Part shown: positions 25,512 to 35,610 of the stretch, piece after piece
Numbering within the stretch: position 1 is the stretch's first letter
Layout of the letters: every line of letters begins with the position of its first letter
From: Octopus vulgaris
Lineage: Eukaryota
Assembly: GCA_951406725.2 (NCBI GenBank)
Contig: OX597821.1
Span: 87,730,001 to 87,794,000 of the forward strand
DNA length: 64,000 nucleotides
Reading direction: 5' to 3'
Position numbers and translations under genes: made by a program
Notes under the pieces: generated by a model
Seen by the model: the letters and a program-made list of their open reading frames with translations, nothing else
Database searches by the model: none
What the model was told of the DNA's origin: nothing

Positions 25512-25925
25512 TCGGATTGGCGATCTGGCAGAATTGTTGGCATTCAGGACAAGATGCTTAGCGGCGTTTCGTCAATATCCTACGAGGTCAGCTTTGCCTT
25601 TCTTCCGATCAGGGTCGATAAAAGTGAAGCATTAGGGTCAATGTAATCGACTATCCTACTTCCTCACAATTTAATTCTTATTATTTAATTCTTATTAATA
25701 TTGTCCTTAAAGCGGCGACCTGGCAGAATCGTTTCCACGTCGGGCAAAATACTTAGGGACATTTTGTCCGTCTTTTACCTTCTGAGTTCAAATTCCTCCC
25801 AGGTCGACTTTGATTTTCATACTTTCGGGGTCAATAAAACAAGTACCAGTTGAACACTGGAGTGGAACTAATCGAATCCCCCCTCAAAATTACTGGCCTT
25901 CTGCCAAGGCTTGAAACAATTATCA
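25512..25925 (+). mobile_element. Two diverged SINE family A copies
   Basis: Heads near 25515 and 25710 with the family A body. Confidence 0.75.
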
Positions 25926-26371
25926 TGATTATTCTTGCTGTTGTTGTTGTTGGGTGTTGTTTTTATTATTATTTGCGTTGACACGGCGCCGAAAACCAGA
26001 TCTTGGAATTTCCTCGTGTCCACATTCCTCAAAATAAATTCTCTTTAATTGCCTCCCACACTCACTTCCCAGAGTTTATGGAATTGTATTTAAAACTCGC
26101 AGGGGTATATCACAGATAATATCTGTCAGAACAGATTAAGTTCACTCCAAGTGAGAGGTGTCAACAAATCACTAGTGCAAGGTTATATATATATATTTCT
26201 TAGAATTAATTAATGTGGTATTACGTCATTTTCTTATACGTACACATATGCGTGCACATATACGTACACATATGCGTGCGCATACACATATATGTATCTA
26301 TGTATATACATGCAAAACTCGTGCGTTCATACATACCTACAGACCACATGCGTGCAAATGCATATGTACAT

Positions 26372-26416
<45 letters not shown>

Positions 26417-26569
26417 CAAAATAATAAATAGAACATATGCAGATATACATACATATATGTACATACCTACATATATATGTATACATACATGCATATATGG
26501 GTACAGGACACCAAAAAACGTATATATATATATATATATATATATAATGATATATATATATATATAACG

Positions 26570-26623
<54 letters not shown>

Positions 26624-26788
26624 TATATGTATATATATATATATATATTACGGAGATGTACTCGCATAGCAAGTAATTTGATCTGAGATCGTGTGCTGAA
26701 ACGAAAACAATTGCAGCGTGGGAGGTGTTTATAAGCCATTTAAGAAACACACAAAAGCCGTTCGATTCACTCCAACATTTAAGTTTAA

Positions 26789-26838
26789 TTTGTCAAAATA
26801 TTTTCGTCGCTAAAATCCGCGACCTGTTCACTGACAAA
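26789..26838 (-). ncRNA. Minimal type I hammerhead with G3:C8 core, in (TA)n-flanked element 26650-26857
   Basis: Minus strand: TTTGTCA-GTGAACA-G-GTCGC-GGATTTTA-GCGAC-GAAA-ATAT-TT-TGACAAA. Stems I (7 bp) and II (5 bp) are perfect; stem III AATATT is palindromic. Confidence 0.7.
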
Positions 26839-26856
26839 GTCCGTGCTGCATCTGTG

Positions 26857-26900
<44 letters not shown>

Positions 26901-26908
26901 GCATATAT

Positions 26909-27398
26909 GAGTACGGGACGTCACCAACGGAGCAAATAACATGAAATACGTAAACAACGAGAAAAATATGGAAAACGCGACAAGAAAACACAGAGAAAGG
27001 ACCCTTCATCAGTTGTCGGCTGTCTATTTACTCCTCATTTCGAGCATTCAACGATAATATGAGTCTTCAAAGACAGTTGCACCCATGAATTCTATAATAA
27101 AATTTAGGATTTATGACAGTGGAGACATACAAGGAAACCGAACAAAAACTAACATGGAAGGTCGTTGGACCACAACGAGAGGAAAATAGTCCATTGGTAT
27201 ATTTTTGATACCATCTTTGACCCTCCATAAATTGTCGTTGAATGCTCGAAATGAGGACTAGATAGACAACCGACAACTGATGAAGTGTTCTTTCTCTTTG
27301 TTGATTTGTCCTATTTTCCATCTTTTCTCATTGTTTAAATATATAACTCGTTTGTTTCCGTATATAATGCTATTTGCACCGTTGGTGACGTCCACTGG

Positions 27399-27400
<2 letters not shown>
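26909..27400. mobile_element. Family Y: two diverged copies in inverted orientation between (TA)n tracts
   Basis: 26916-27075 is the diverged reverse complement of 27211-27393 (GGACGTCACCAACGG / CCGTTGGTGACGTCC ends). A homolog lies at 34071-34330. Confidence 0.8.
27001..27082 (-). ncRNA. Permuted hammerhead-like motif, family Y
   Basis: Minus strand: GTGCA-A-CTGTCT-TTGAAGA-CTCAT-A-TTATCG-TTGAA-TGCTC-GAAA-TGAG-GAGTAAAT-AGACAG-C-CGACAA-CTGATGA-AGGGT. Confidence 0.6.
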
Positions 27401-27442
<42 letters not shown>

Positions 27443-27445
<3 letters not shown>

Positions 27446-27651
27446 ATAAAAATGGTAAGATAACAAAAGAATGAAAGAGACCTCGATGTTATGTAAATAG
27501 AGGAATTTATCTGTAAATGTAATGTGTGACAATTATTCGTAGCCATTTTTCATAGCATTTGAAGAGACGGCGGCCTGGATTTCCGCCTCGGCATCCGAAT
27601 CTCGGGGTTTTATCATGGCTACCGAATAATTGTCACATATTACATTTACAG

Positions 27652-27655
<4 letters not shown>
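27443..27655. mobile_element. Family Z PLE-terminal-repeat-like element with an internal inversion
   Basis: ATCTGTAAATGTAATGTGTGACAATTATTCGTAGCCAT is inverted to ATGGCTACCGAATAATTGTCACATATTACATTTACAGAT. Homologous to 50860-51065. Confidence 0.7.
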
Positions 27656-27716
<61 letters not shown>

Positions 27717-27765
27717 TATACATATATATATATAAGCATACACACATATACACACATTGCTCTCT

Positions 27766-27808
<43 letters not shown>

Positions 27809-27958
27809 AATACATAACTATGTGTATATGTATATATATTATTATTGTGTTTTCGTATTATATTTGTAGTAACATCATCCATTTTTCCGTCCTTGTTTCG
27901 TATACTTTCGAAGCTTTTTTCCAAGGAATCTAATGCTCTTAGCGTAGTTTTTCCTTGG

Positions 27959-28040
27959 GGCCGGCCAGATTGGAGCAATCTCAAGATTAATCAGCCGAAA
28001 TTGCGAGGATGATCCGGTTCTTGACTGAAGATTAAAGACT
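27959..28040 (+). ncRNA. Permuted hammerhead-like motif, family X (element about 27845-28103)
   Basis: GGCCG-G-CCAGATT-G-GA-GCAAT-C-TCAAGA-TTAAT-CAGCC-GAAA-TTGC-GAG-GA-T-GATCCGG-T-TCTTGA-CTGAAGA. Confidence 0.65.
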
Positions 28041-28097
28041 TCGAATGACCCGTCCGTGTTTTTCGTATCGTCTTCTGGATGTTTTGCGTTCTTGTCC

Positions 28098-28151
<54 letters not shown>

Positions 28152-28206
28152 GGTGAATTGAAGAAATGGAGCTGAACGCAGATTGAACAGAAATCGTTTT
28201 ATTTCA

Positions 28207-28286
28207 TTCTACACGTGTTTCGAAAGGCACAAATTACCAAAATCCGATTGAATAATGGGACCATATTGTGTCTTTCTCTTCAGGAA
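28207..28286 (-). ncRNA. PLE type I hammerhead ribozyme
   Basis: Minus strand: TTC-CTGAAGA-GAAAGACACAA...TTGTGCCTTTC-GAAA-CACGTG-TA-GAA. Palindromic stem III ACACGTGT. Confidence 0.8.
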
Positions 28287-28879
28287 GAAAATAGGAAATC
28301 CGTTGGAAAAACAAAAACAGAACAGAGGCGGAGCAAAAACAAATCGAACTATGCTCCTAAGAGCCCATGGCGAAACTGTTTATCAGTGTATGTTGAGAAC
28401 CGGGGGCTGAAGAATTTAACGGGTCAGGCATCGGTCAATCATGTGGGTGAGGGTGTGTGGGTGTTCTTTGTGACCGAGAATAAAGTTCTGACTATTTAAG
28501 GAATATTGGATGTTTTATAAGGGGCGAGAAAAAATCTACTTAGAGACGTGTGTATGTGTATACTGTTCTATATATGTGTGTGTTGGCGTAGGGGTAGAAA
28601 ACATTTTTTGTGTACGTGTGTGCGTTTGATCGTTCGGCTGTCAGTGGCTACTGCCGCGAGAACCGTTGGGTGGCAGAAAAAAAAAAAATATATATTATGT
28701 TTTATGTGTGTGTGTGTTCATCTAAGCCTGCCTTGTCAAGGAAACCCCCGCTGTGAAAAAACCAAGCCCCGTTTGCCTTACAGGAGTAATTCCCCTTGCA
28801 GTGGTTAATCGTAGATATCTTAAAGGCTATTTCAGAATTTGTTACCAAGGGCTATGGGGGCCGGTATTATTTATAAACG

Positions 28880-29754
28880 CTATTTAAAAGCCAGATAAGT
28901 GTAACGCCGCCAATGGGGGCATCGAAAATCCGACTGTAAAAGCCCGTTTACCATCCGGCCTCTGGCAAACAAAATATGGAAGAGTTCGGAGACACAAAGG
29001 TTGCACTGCCTTCTGCCCCTATCAAATGGGAGGGCCACCGACAAAATTGACCATTCCAGCCTGTAGCTTAAGTTCGTATCCTTCAGTCGCCATATTAGCT
29101 TACTGAGTCCCGTGGTCTGGCGCTTGTTCATGTCCCGAAAAGTTGCGTAATGGTTGGAGACACGCAAAGACAATCTTGAGGATGAGGCCCCTACATAAGT
29201 GAAGACATCTGAGTCCGTGTAAACCTTGCATTGGTAGACGGCGTTTTTGATCTTTGAGTTCGCCGACGTGAATCTTATTCTGCTAGGATTAGTTTCTGAA
29301 ATTAGAACTGCGTTCCTGTCACTATATTCGTTCCGAGACCTGCAGCCGCTTACAACTCTATTTTCTACTACATCACTATTAACTATAGGAATAACCCCTG
29401 ATTCTCCACTATCTATCAGAGTACTGTCATTGCTACTGCCCGTGGTGCTGCTATTGCGGGAAATGATGCTGGGGATGCTATTGGGGCTCTCTACCTACTC
29501 CCATTGTTACCGTCAACCACAACACCCCTATTTATAACTATACCCCTAGTGGGTACTCCCTGGCTGGAGCTGAGATTATGTGTCACTGTACTGGCTCTCA
29601 TATCATTATTACTACTATAATTATTCCTACTGAGCATTAAACCAGGAGCGGAAGAGGCTGTGCCTCCGGAAAAAGGTGATAGGGTCTTAGTAAGTAGCCT
29701 ATTATTATGGGAGGCGATTATCTGGGCGAGGTTTTTAGTGTTGGAGAAAGCTAT

Positions 29755-29757
<3 letters not shown>
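28880..29757 (-). pseudogene. PLE ORF C-terminus: RT thumb, linker and GIY-YIG endonuclease, with one frameshift near 29495
   Basis: Frame 28880-29494 is open: NAVYQCKVYTDSDVFTYVGASS.RLSLRVSNHYATFR...TGLSKLIWRLK...W.IL...CNLCVSE...CPH. The upstream frame is 29491-29757. Confidence 0.85.
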
Positions 29758-29818
<61 letters not shown>

Positions 29819-30825
29819 TACATATATAAACATAAATATATATATATAAATGTGTATATATTTATGCCTACATATATGTATATACATACATATACAAAAC
29901 ACACAGCCACACACACACACATGCACGTACGCAGATGAATGCTCACGCACACACACACACACACACACACACGCATATATAGAAATATATGTTTTCCGTT
30001 CGCCTTTTCTGTTCGAACTAGTGCTTTACTCCAAACAACCATCGTCTCGATGTTTCTATTACCTCATTCTCTCGTTCATGCTTGCTTCAGTATTTCGTTT
30101 CGGTTTTGGACTTTTCCGTTTCTGTTTTTTTATGAAGTATTGTGCCTACACTTTCTAATATATTTCCATCTTTTAATTAAATAGCTGACATGTGTTTTTT
30201 GAACGCACTGAGTGGACTTAATCAAACAGATTTCCCTCGTCTTCGCTTTCTTGTCTTGCATTCACATAATGTTTTTTTCTTTCGATTCAGAACTACAAAT
30301 GGGGTGGGGGTGAGAAAGCCTTCACGTGCAGGCATGTTGATGTGTTTGTGTCTTTATTTTCATGTTTTTGTTTTTGTTTGCTTATCCCGTGTGCGTGTGT
30401 ATATATACATGTTCACAATATATACCTGTTTTTTAAACATGTTTGTGACTGATTGTGTAATGAGTTTACGCAAATGTTTGTTTATTTGCATAGGTGTATA
30501 TATTGTGCACATACATGTATGTGCATAAATACATACATGTATATATAAACGAGTTTATATATGCATGTATATATATTTATACATATATATGTATATATAT
30601 ATATATATATATTTACACACACACACGTGTGCGTATGTATTGCGAATGTATTTATATATATACATATATATTTATATACATATATATATATTTGTGAATA
30701 TATATATGCATATGCTTATACGTTTGTGTATGTACGTGAGTCTGTGTATGTGTGTGTATTGTGTGTTTGTATGTGTGTGTGTGTGTATTGTGTGTTTGTA
30801 TGTGTGTGTGTGTGTATTGTGTGTT

Positions 30826-30871
<46 letters not shown>

Positions 30872-31187
30872 TGTGTGTTTTGCGTTCAGTTTCCTAGTTT
30901 ACACACGAATGTTTCCTTCAGGCAATATAATGTCGAAGAATTTGCCAGGAGGCCAAAAATAATTGTCTGGGGAGACGTGTTAGATATTAAATGTGTATGT
31001 GCGTTTGTGTGTTTATGTGTGTGTTTACGCGTGCATTTGTTAGTGTGTCTGTGTGTATATTTGTGTTTAGTTGTGTGTGTAAGCGTGTGTATATATGTTT
31101 ATGCCTGAGACTATGTGCGTCAGTGGAAGTGTTCCTGACTTCCTTATCTTTTTAGAAGCATATGATGTTGTGTATATATTACACAGG

Positions 31188-31260
<73 letters not shown>

Positions 31261-32623
31261 CGCCCGCATGCATATTTATTTATGTATGTGTGTGTTGAGG
31301 TATGAGCATGAATCTTAAGTAATGTATATATAGCTGCTTATTCTACGAGAGTATAAATATTTTATATCAAATTTTGATGCTTATAAACGCCGGATTCGAT
31401 ACTATTGTAGCATAATGAACTGTATATATATATATATATATATATATAATGAATATCTTTCAAGATAGCTGTTAAAAATGATCAAAATTAATATTATTCC
31501 AATACGATAATTACCAACAGAAAAATTCTTGAAATTTGCATGTCCATTACAGAACCTGTTACTTGGAAGTTCCGAGACAAGAACGATCTTTCCTGTTTGG
31601 CTGCACCTTTGGAAATTTCTAAATTTGGTAACAATTTTAAAATTTGGTGTATTGGTGTAATTTTCCAAGCTGAATCTTACACGATATTTAATTTTTTTTG
31701 CAAAAAATTTTTAAAAGGTTACAAACGGTCATGTTCAATTAGTTTTACTCAGTCAAGGAACAAGATTTGGATGCTGACGTTTTGTGCGTGACAGCACGCG
31801 TTGTCAACTGTAAACAAATGTAAAATTGGCGGTATTCTGTTTTACGCACGCCAGATAACCCTTCATAACTTTTTTATTTTGGGGTATTTTCAGAAACTTT
31901 TGGCGAATTTGTATTCAACACACGTGAGTTCGTATGATTATGCAGAACAAAAAAGAAAGAAAATTAGTGTGTGCGTGTTTCGAGGCGCATTTAGCTATTA
32001 GTTTTAGCACATCTTACAACCATCATTTAATAAGCGAAAAATGACCATGTGCGTAAGCAACTTGGTACCAACTTGGCTTGTTACTATGGAAATAGGCGTC
32101 AATGTGTCTGTGACTTGCGATTGGCTAAAATTACCCCAAATTTTCAAACTTTAAAAGCTATTAACATTTTAGTTATTGATTTATGACGAAAGTGAATTTC
32201 ATGTCAATGATTAGCATACAAACTACATCATTACACCAAATATGAAGGAACAGAAATTGAAGAAATTGAAAAGTGGTAGCCAAACAGAAAAGACCCGATA
32301 AGAGCATATAGAAATATTAGCAAAATCTGCTGCAACTCATATCGCCCCATCCTAAAAAAGAAGGACTTGTTGGATCATTTATTCCAAGACGAGCTAAGTC
32401 GTATACGTGAAAGAATCGAGACCAAATAATAAATCCGAAATACAGGAGGGTCACGGCTGGGAATTTTTTCTTTGATTGTAGATCTGTCTGATCTCGTGTC
32501 TGACCTCGTGTTAAAGAAAAGCACACACGTATATACATACTCGCGCGCGCACACACACAACACATACATGCACGCACGCATACATACATATATACATGCA
32601 TGCATGCTTGCATACATACATAC

Positions 32624-32657
<34 letters not shown>

Positions 32658-32672
32658 ATATCTATACCCTAC

Positions 32673-32703
<31 letters not shown>

Positions 32704-32711
32704 CACCCACC

Positions 32712-32759
<48 letters not shown>

Positions 32760-32959
32760 CTGCCACTATACTGTGGCACACCGTTGAAGGATCATATTTG
32801 AGCGAATAGACCCCAGCGGTATTTATATATTTTTAAGCCGTTCACTTATTCTATCATTCTCTCTAGGTTACGGGGGATGTAAACACACCAATACCGGTTA
32901 TCAAGTGGTGAGGGGAAAACATACATACACATGCACACATCACACGCACACACGTTCAG

Positions 32960-33021
<62 letters not shown>

Positions 33022-33085
33022 GTTCGACGGGTTTCTGTCTGTTTCACTCTATCAAATCCACTCTATCAAATCCAGTCTCACGAGG
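32760..33085 (-). mobile_element. Old SINE family B relic
   Basis: GTAAACACACCA..CGGTT..CAAG and GGCAC-CG motifs are colinear with family B. Confidence 0.6.
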
Positions 33086-33791
33086 CTTTAGAGATTGACA
33101 CTTTTTACCACACGCACATAAATTCATACAACACACACACACACACGTCTGTATATTATAATATACACCCCTACTTAACAGCGACGCTCATAATTAGGTC
33201 TAAGTGACCGATTCGTTAGAAGAGTGATTACATAGGATCGCTTATTGCGGAAGTAGGTGTCTTGCTTTATTAGCCAGAAAAACAATAATGTAAGCCTGCC
33301 TTTTGGCGTTAGTGTGTCCGGAAGTGTTATCTGTTGATTGATTCAAACATCTATGATGTACGTACAATATATCAATTGACACTTCCTGTTTCGTGTAAAG
33401 TGATTTTTGACAAAAGCAATCTGCTAATTCAAGTTTCAACGTTCGACTCACTAGGGTATCATGGATATAACATTAAGTATTCGCTACAATGTATGTTAAA
33501 CACATATCTTTATATAAACTTTCCCGCACACACACACGTGTGCGCTTATGTACACATGTAAACGCGTACACACAAGCTCATATGCTCACGGGCCCTACTG
33601 ATCACAATCGCCACTAAATTTCCTGTCCAATCACGCAGTCAAAGAAACTCTGATTTCCCATGGAACTGCTATCGCTTACCAAACAATACAATCCACTATG
33701 TCATCACGTGACCCTCGTTGATCAATTGCAACCTATCTCTCTGTACCCACCTTGAACTTCCTGTACCTCTCTCTTCACTTGAATAATCCAC

Positions 33792-33882
33792 GCGCCTGAG
33801 GAGTGGGGCTCGGCGACGGGCATACGAAACTTGAAATAGTACAGAATTCGAATCAAACTGTTTTGAATAATACAAGTAACTC
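33792..33882 (+). ncRNA. Type I hammerhead-like motif with long stem III insertion; stem I decayed
   Basis: GCGC-CTGAGGA-GTGGGGCTC..GGGCATAC-GAAA-CTTG[about 39 nt]CAAG-TA-ACTC, then AATAAA. Confidence 0.5.
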
Positions 33883-33928
33883 CTAATAAATGTGTTGAGT
33901 GTCTCTTTCGTTTGTCTACTCACTCATA

Positions 33929-34007
<79 letters not shown>

Positions 34008-34196
34008 TATATACATACGTATATGTACATACTTACATCTATACGTATATATATATATATATATGCATATGTGGGTACAAGACATCACAAAACGTGTATA
34101 ACAAAAAATATACAAGTACGAGTACATGGAATATGAACTATTTTTTCGGACAACGAAAGACACAAATAGAAAACAAGACAAACAAAATAAAGAACG

Positions 34197-34281
34197 GCCC
34201 TTCATCCGTTGCTGTCTGTTATTCTACACTCATATTTCGAGCATTTAACAACAGTATACGCTTTCGATAAAGCAGCTACAC
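34197..34281 (-). ncRNA. Permuted hammerhead-like motif, family Y, core mutated (CGGATGA), in element about 34071-34690
   Basis: Minus strand: CGTAT-A-CTGTTG-TTAAA-TGCTC-GAAA-TATG...CAGCAA-CGGATGA-A-GGGC. Stems III and I covary relative to the 27.0 kb copy. Confidence 0.5.
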
Positions 34282-34696
34282 CTGCAACGAAATTAAATAA
34301 AATTTGGGATTTTGCGGGGGCTCAAAGTTAGCAACACAAAGAAGACAGTGAAAACAAAAAGGAAGAGCTGCTAAGCCAGCCTAAAGGAGGTTGTGGTGCC
34401 GAACGCGTAAATCAAGTTTGGACAGGAGACAGACAAGAATACGTCTTCCTTGTTCCAGCTACAACAGAAAGAAACACAAGTTACGAGGAGAAAGTTGGCC
34501 GATGTTCACGTGGGAGCTTCGTGAGTAAGGGAGGAGTGAGGGAGAGAGTGACAGAGTAATAGGATAGAATAGTGGGTAAATGAATAACAGAGAGAATGAG
34601 AGAGAAACGAAAGAGTAAAAAGATGGTACACAGTGTGCATCAGAATTATTAAGATAAAACTTACTTGGAAGATGATGCGTGGCGTTCAATCATATC

Positions 34697-34761
<65 letters not shown>

Positions 34762-34852
34762 CATATATATGTATATATATTTATATCAATATATCTATAT
34801 CTATATCTATATCTATATGTCTATATCTATATCTATATATATATCTATATCT

Positions 34853-34907
<55 letters not shown>

Positions 34908-34912
<5 letters not shown>

Positions 34913-35410
34913 AAATCAAATTGCGATAAAATAAAAATAATTATTATCGCTGGTATTACTAACACAAGCCATATATTTTTCATATATCAGTACATTAAGG
35001 CGAAATATGTGCTAGGAATACAGAAGCTTGATAAATTAAGTGAAATGAAGATAAAAACATTTACTAAACCGGTAATTCTCAGACTGCAGTTTCTTTCTTT
35101 TCAGCAATAAAGATAATTTATTTGCTCAGGGAGAATTCTTCAGTGAGACCCTGTCTTTCTGGGATCCTAACTCACTAGAAGCATGTGCTTCTAATGATTT
35201 ACTCTCCCTAACTAATCATATCACTGCGCAGACTCCGAACGTCCCGACAAAACTAGGGAATTCTGGTATATCGCCTGGCGCTCGTAATTTATCGAGAAAT
35301 ATGTAAACAAATCAAATTGCGATAAAATAAAAATAATTATTATCGCTGGTATTACTAACACAAGCCATATATTTTTCATATATCAGTACATTAAGGCGAA
35401 ATATGTGCTA
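34908..35410 (-). mobile_element. Retrozyme-like element: 396-bp unit with a 107-bp terminal direct repeat, embedded in (TA)n
   Basis: 34908-35014 equals 35304-35410. Internal hammerhead at 35077-35148. Confidence 0.8.
35077..35148 (-). ncRNA. Type I hammerhead ribozyme
   Basis: Minus strand: TCTCA-CTGAAGA-[stem II with AGCAA..TAAA/TTTATTGCT]-GAAA-CTGCAG-TC-TGAGA. Palindromic ACTGCAGT, GUC site. Confidence 0.8.
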
Positions 35411-35435
35411 TATATATATATACATACATATATAT

Positions 35436-35610
35436 AGTAAATCCAGAAAAAGAACAAGCACAAAAAACAGCAACACGAGGACAGTATGCAAGTAATGTAT
35501 TAGCAGACGCTCAGGAAAGGAAAAAAAGATTGTTTAACGCTTCGTGCAGACGCTCTACTTCGGAAACAGAGGTAAGTCCAATAGAAGGGAAGACTGAAGA
35601 AGAAGCTTTT
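35436..35610 (-). mobile_element. Family W relic with a decayed minimal hammerhead (35532-35567)
   Basis: Minus strand GTTT-CCGAAGT-AGAGC..GCAC-GAAG-CG-TT-AAAC...TTTCCTGAGCGTC, homologous to 63039-63100. Confidence 0.6.

Larger units (their letters stand above)
28149..29757 (-). mobile_element. 5'-truncated Penelope-like element flanked by (TA)n on both sides
   Basis: Contains the RT-thumb motif [21 protein letters not shown], a GIY-YIG domain, and a 3' region with a hammerhead and AATAAA. Confidence 0.85.

Noticed and set aside
31440-32300. DNA transposon or MITE
   Set aside because: The composition is suggestive, but I could not identify TIRs, a TSD or a second copy.
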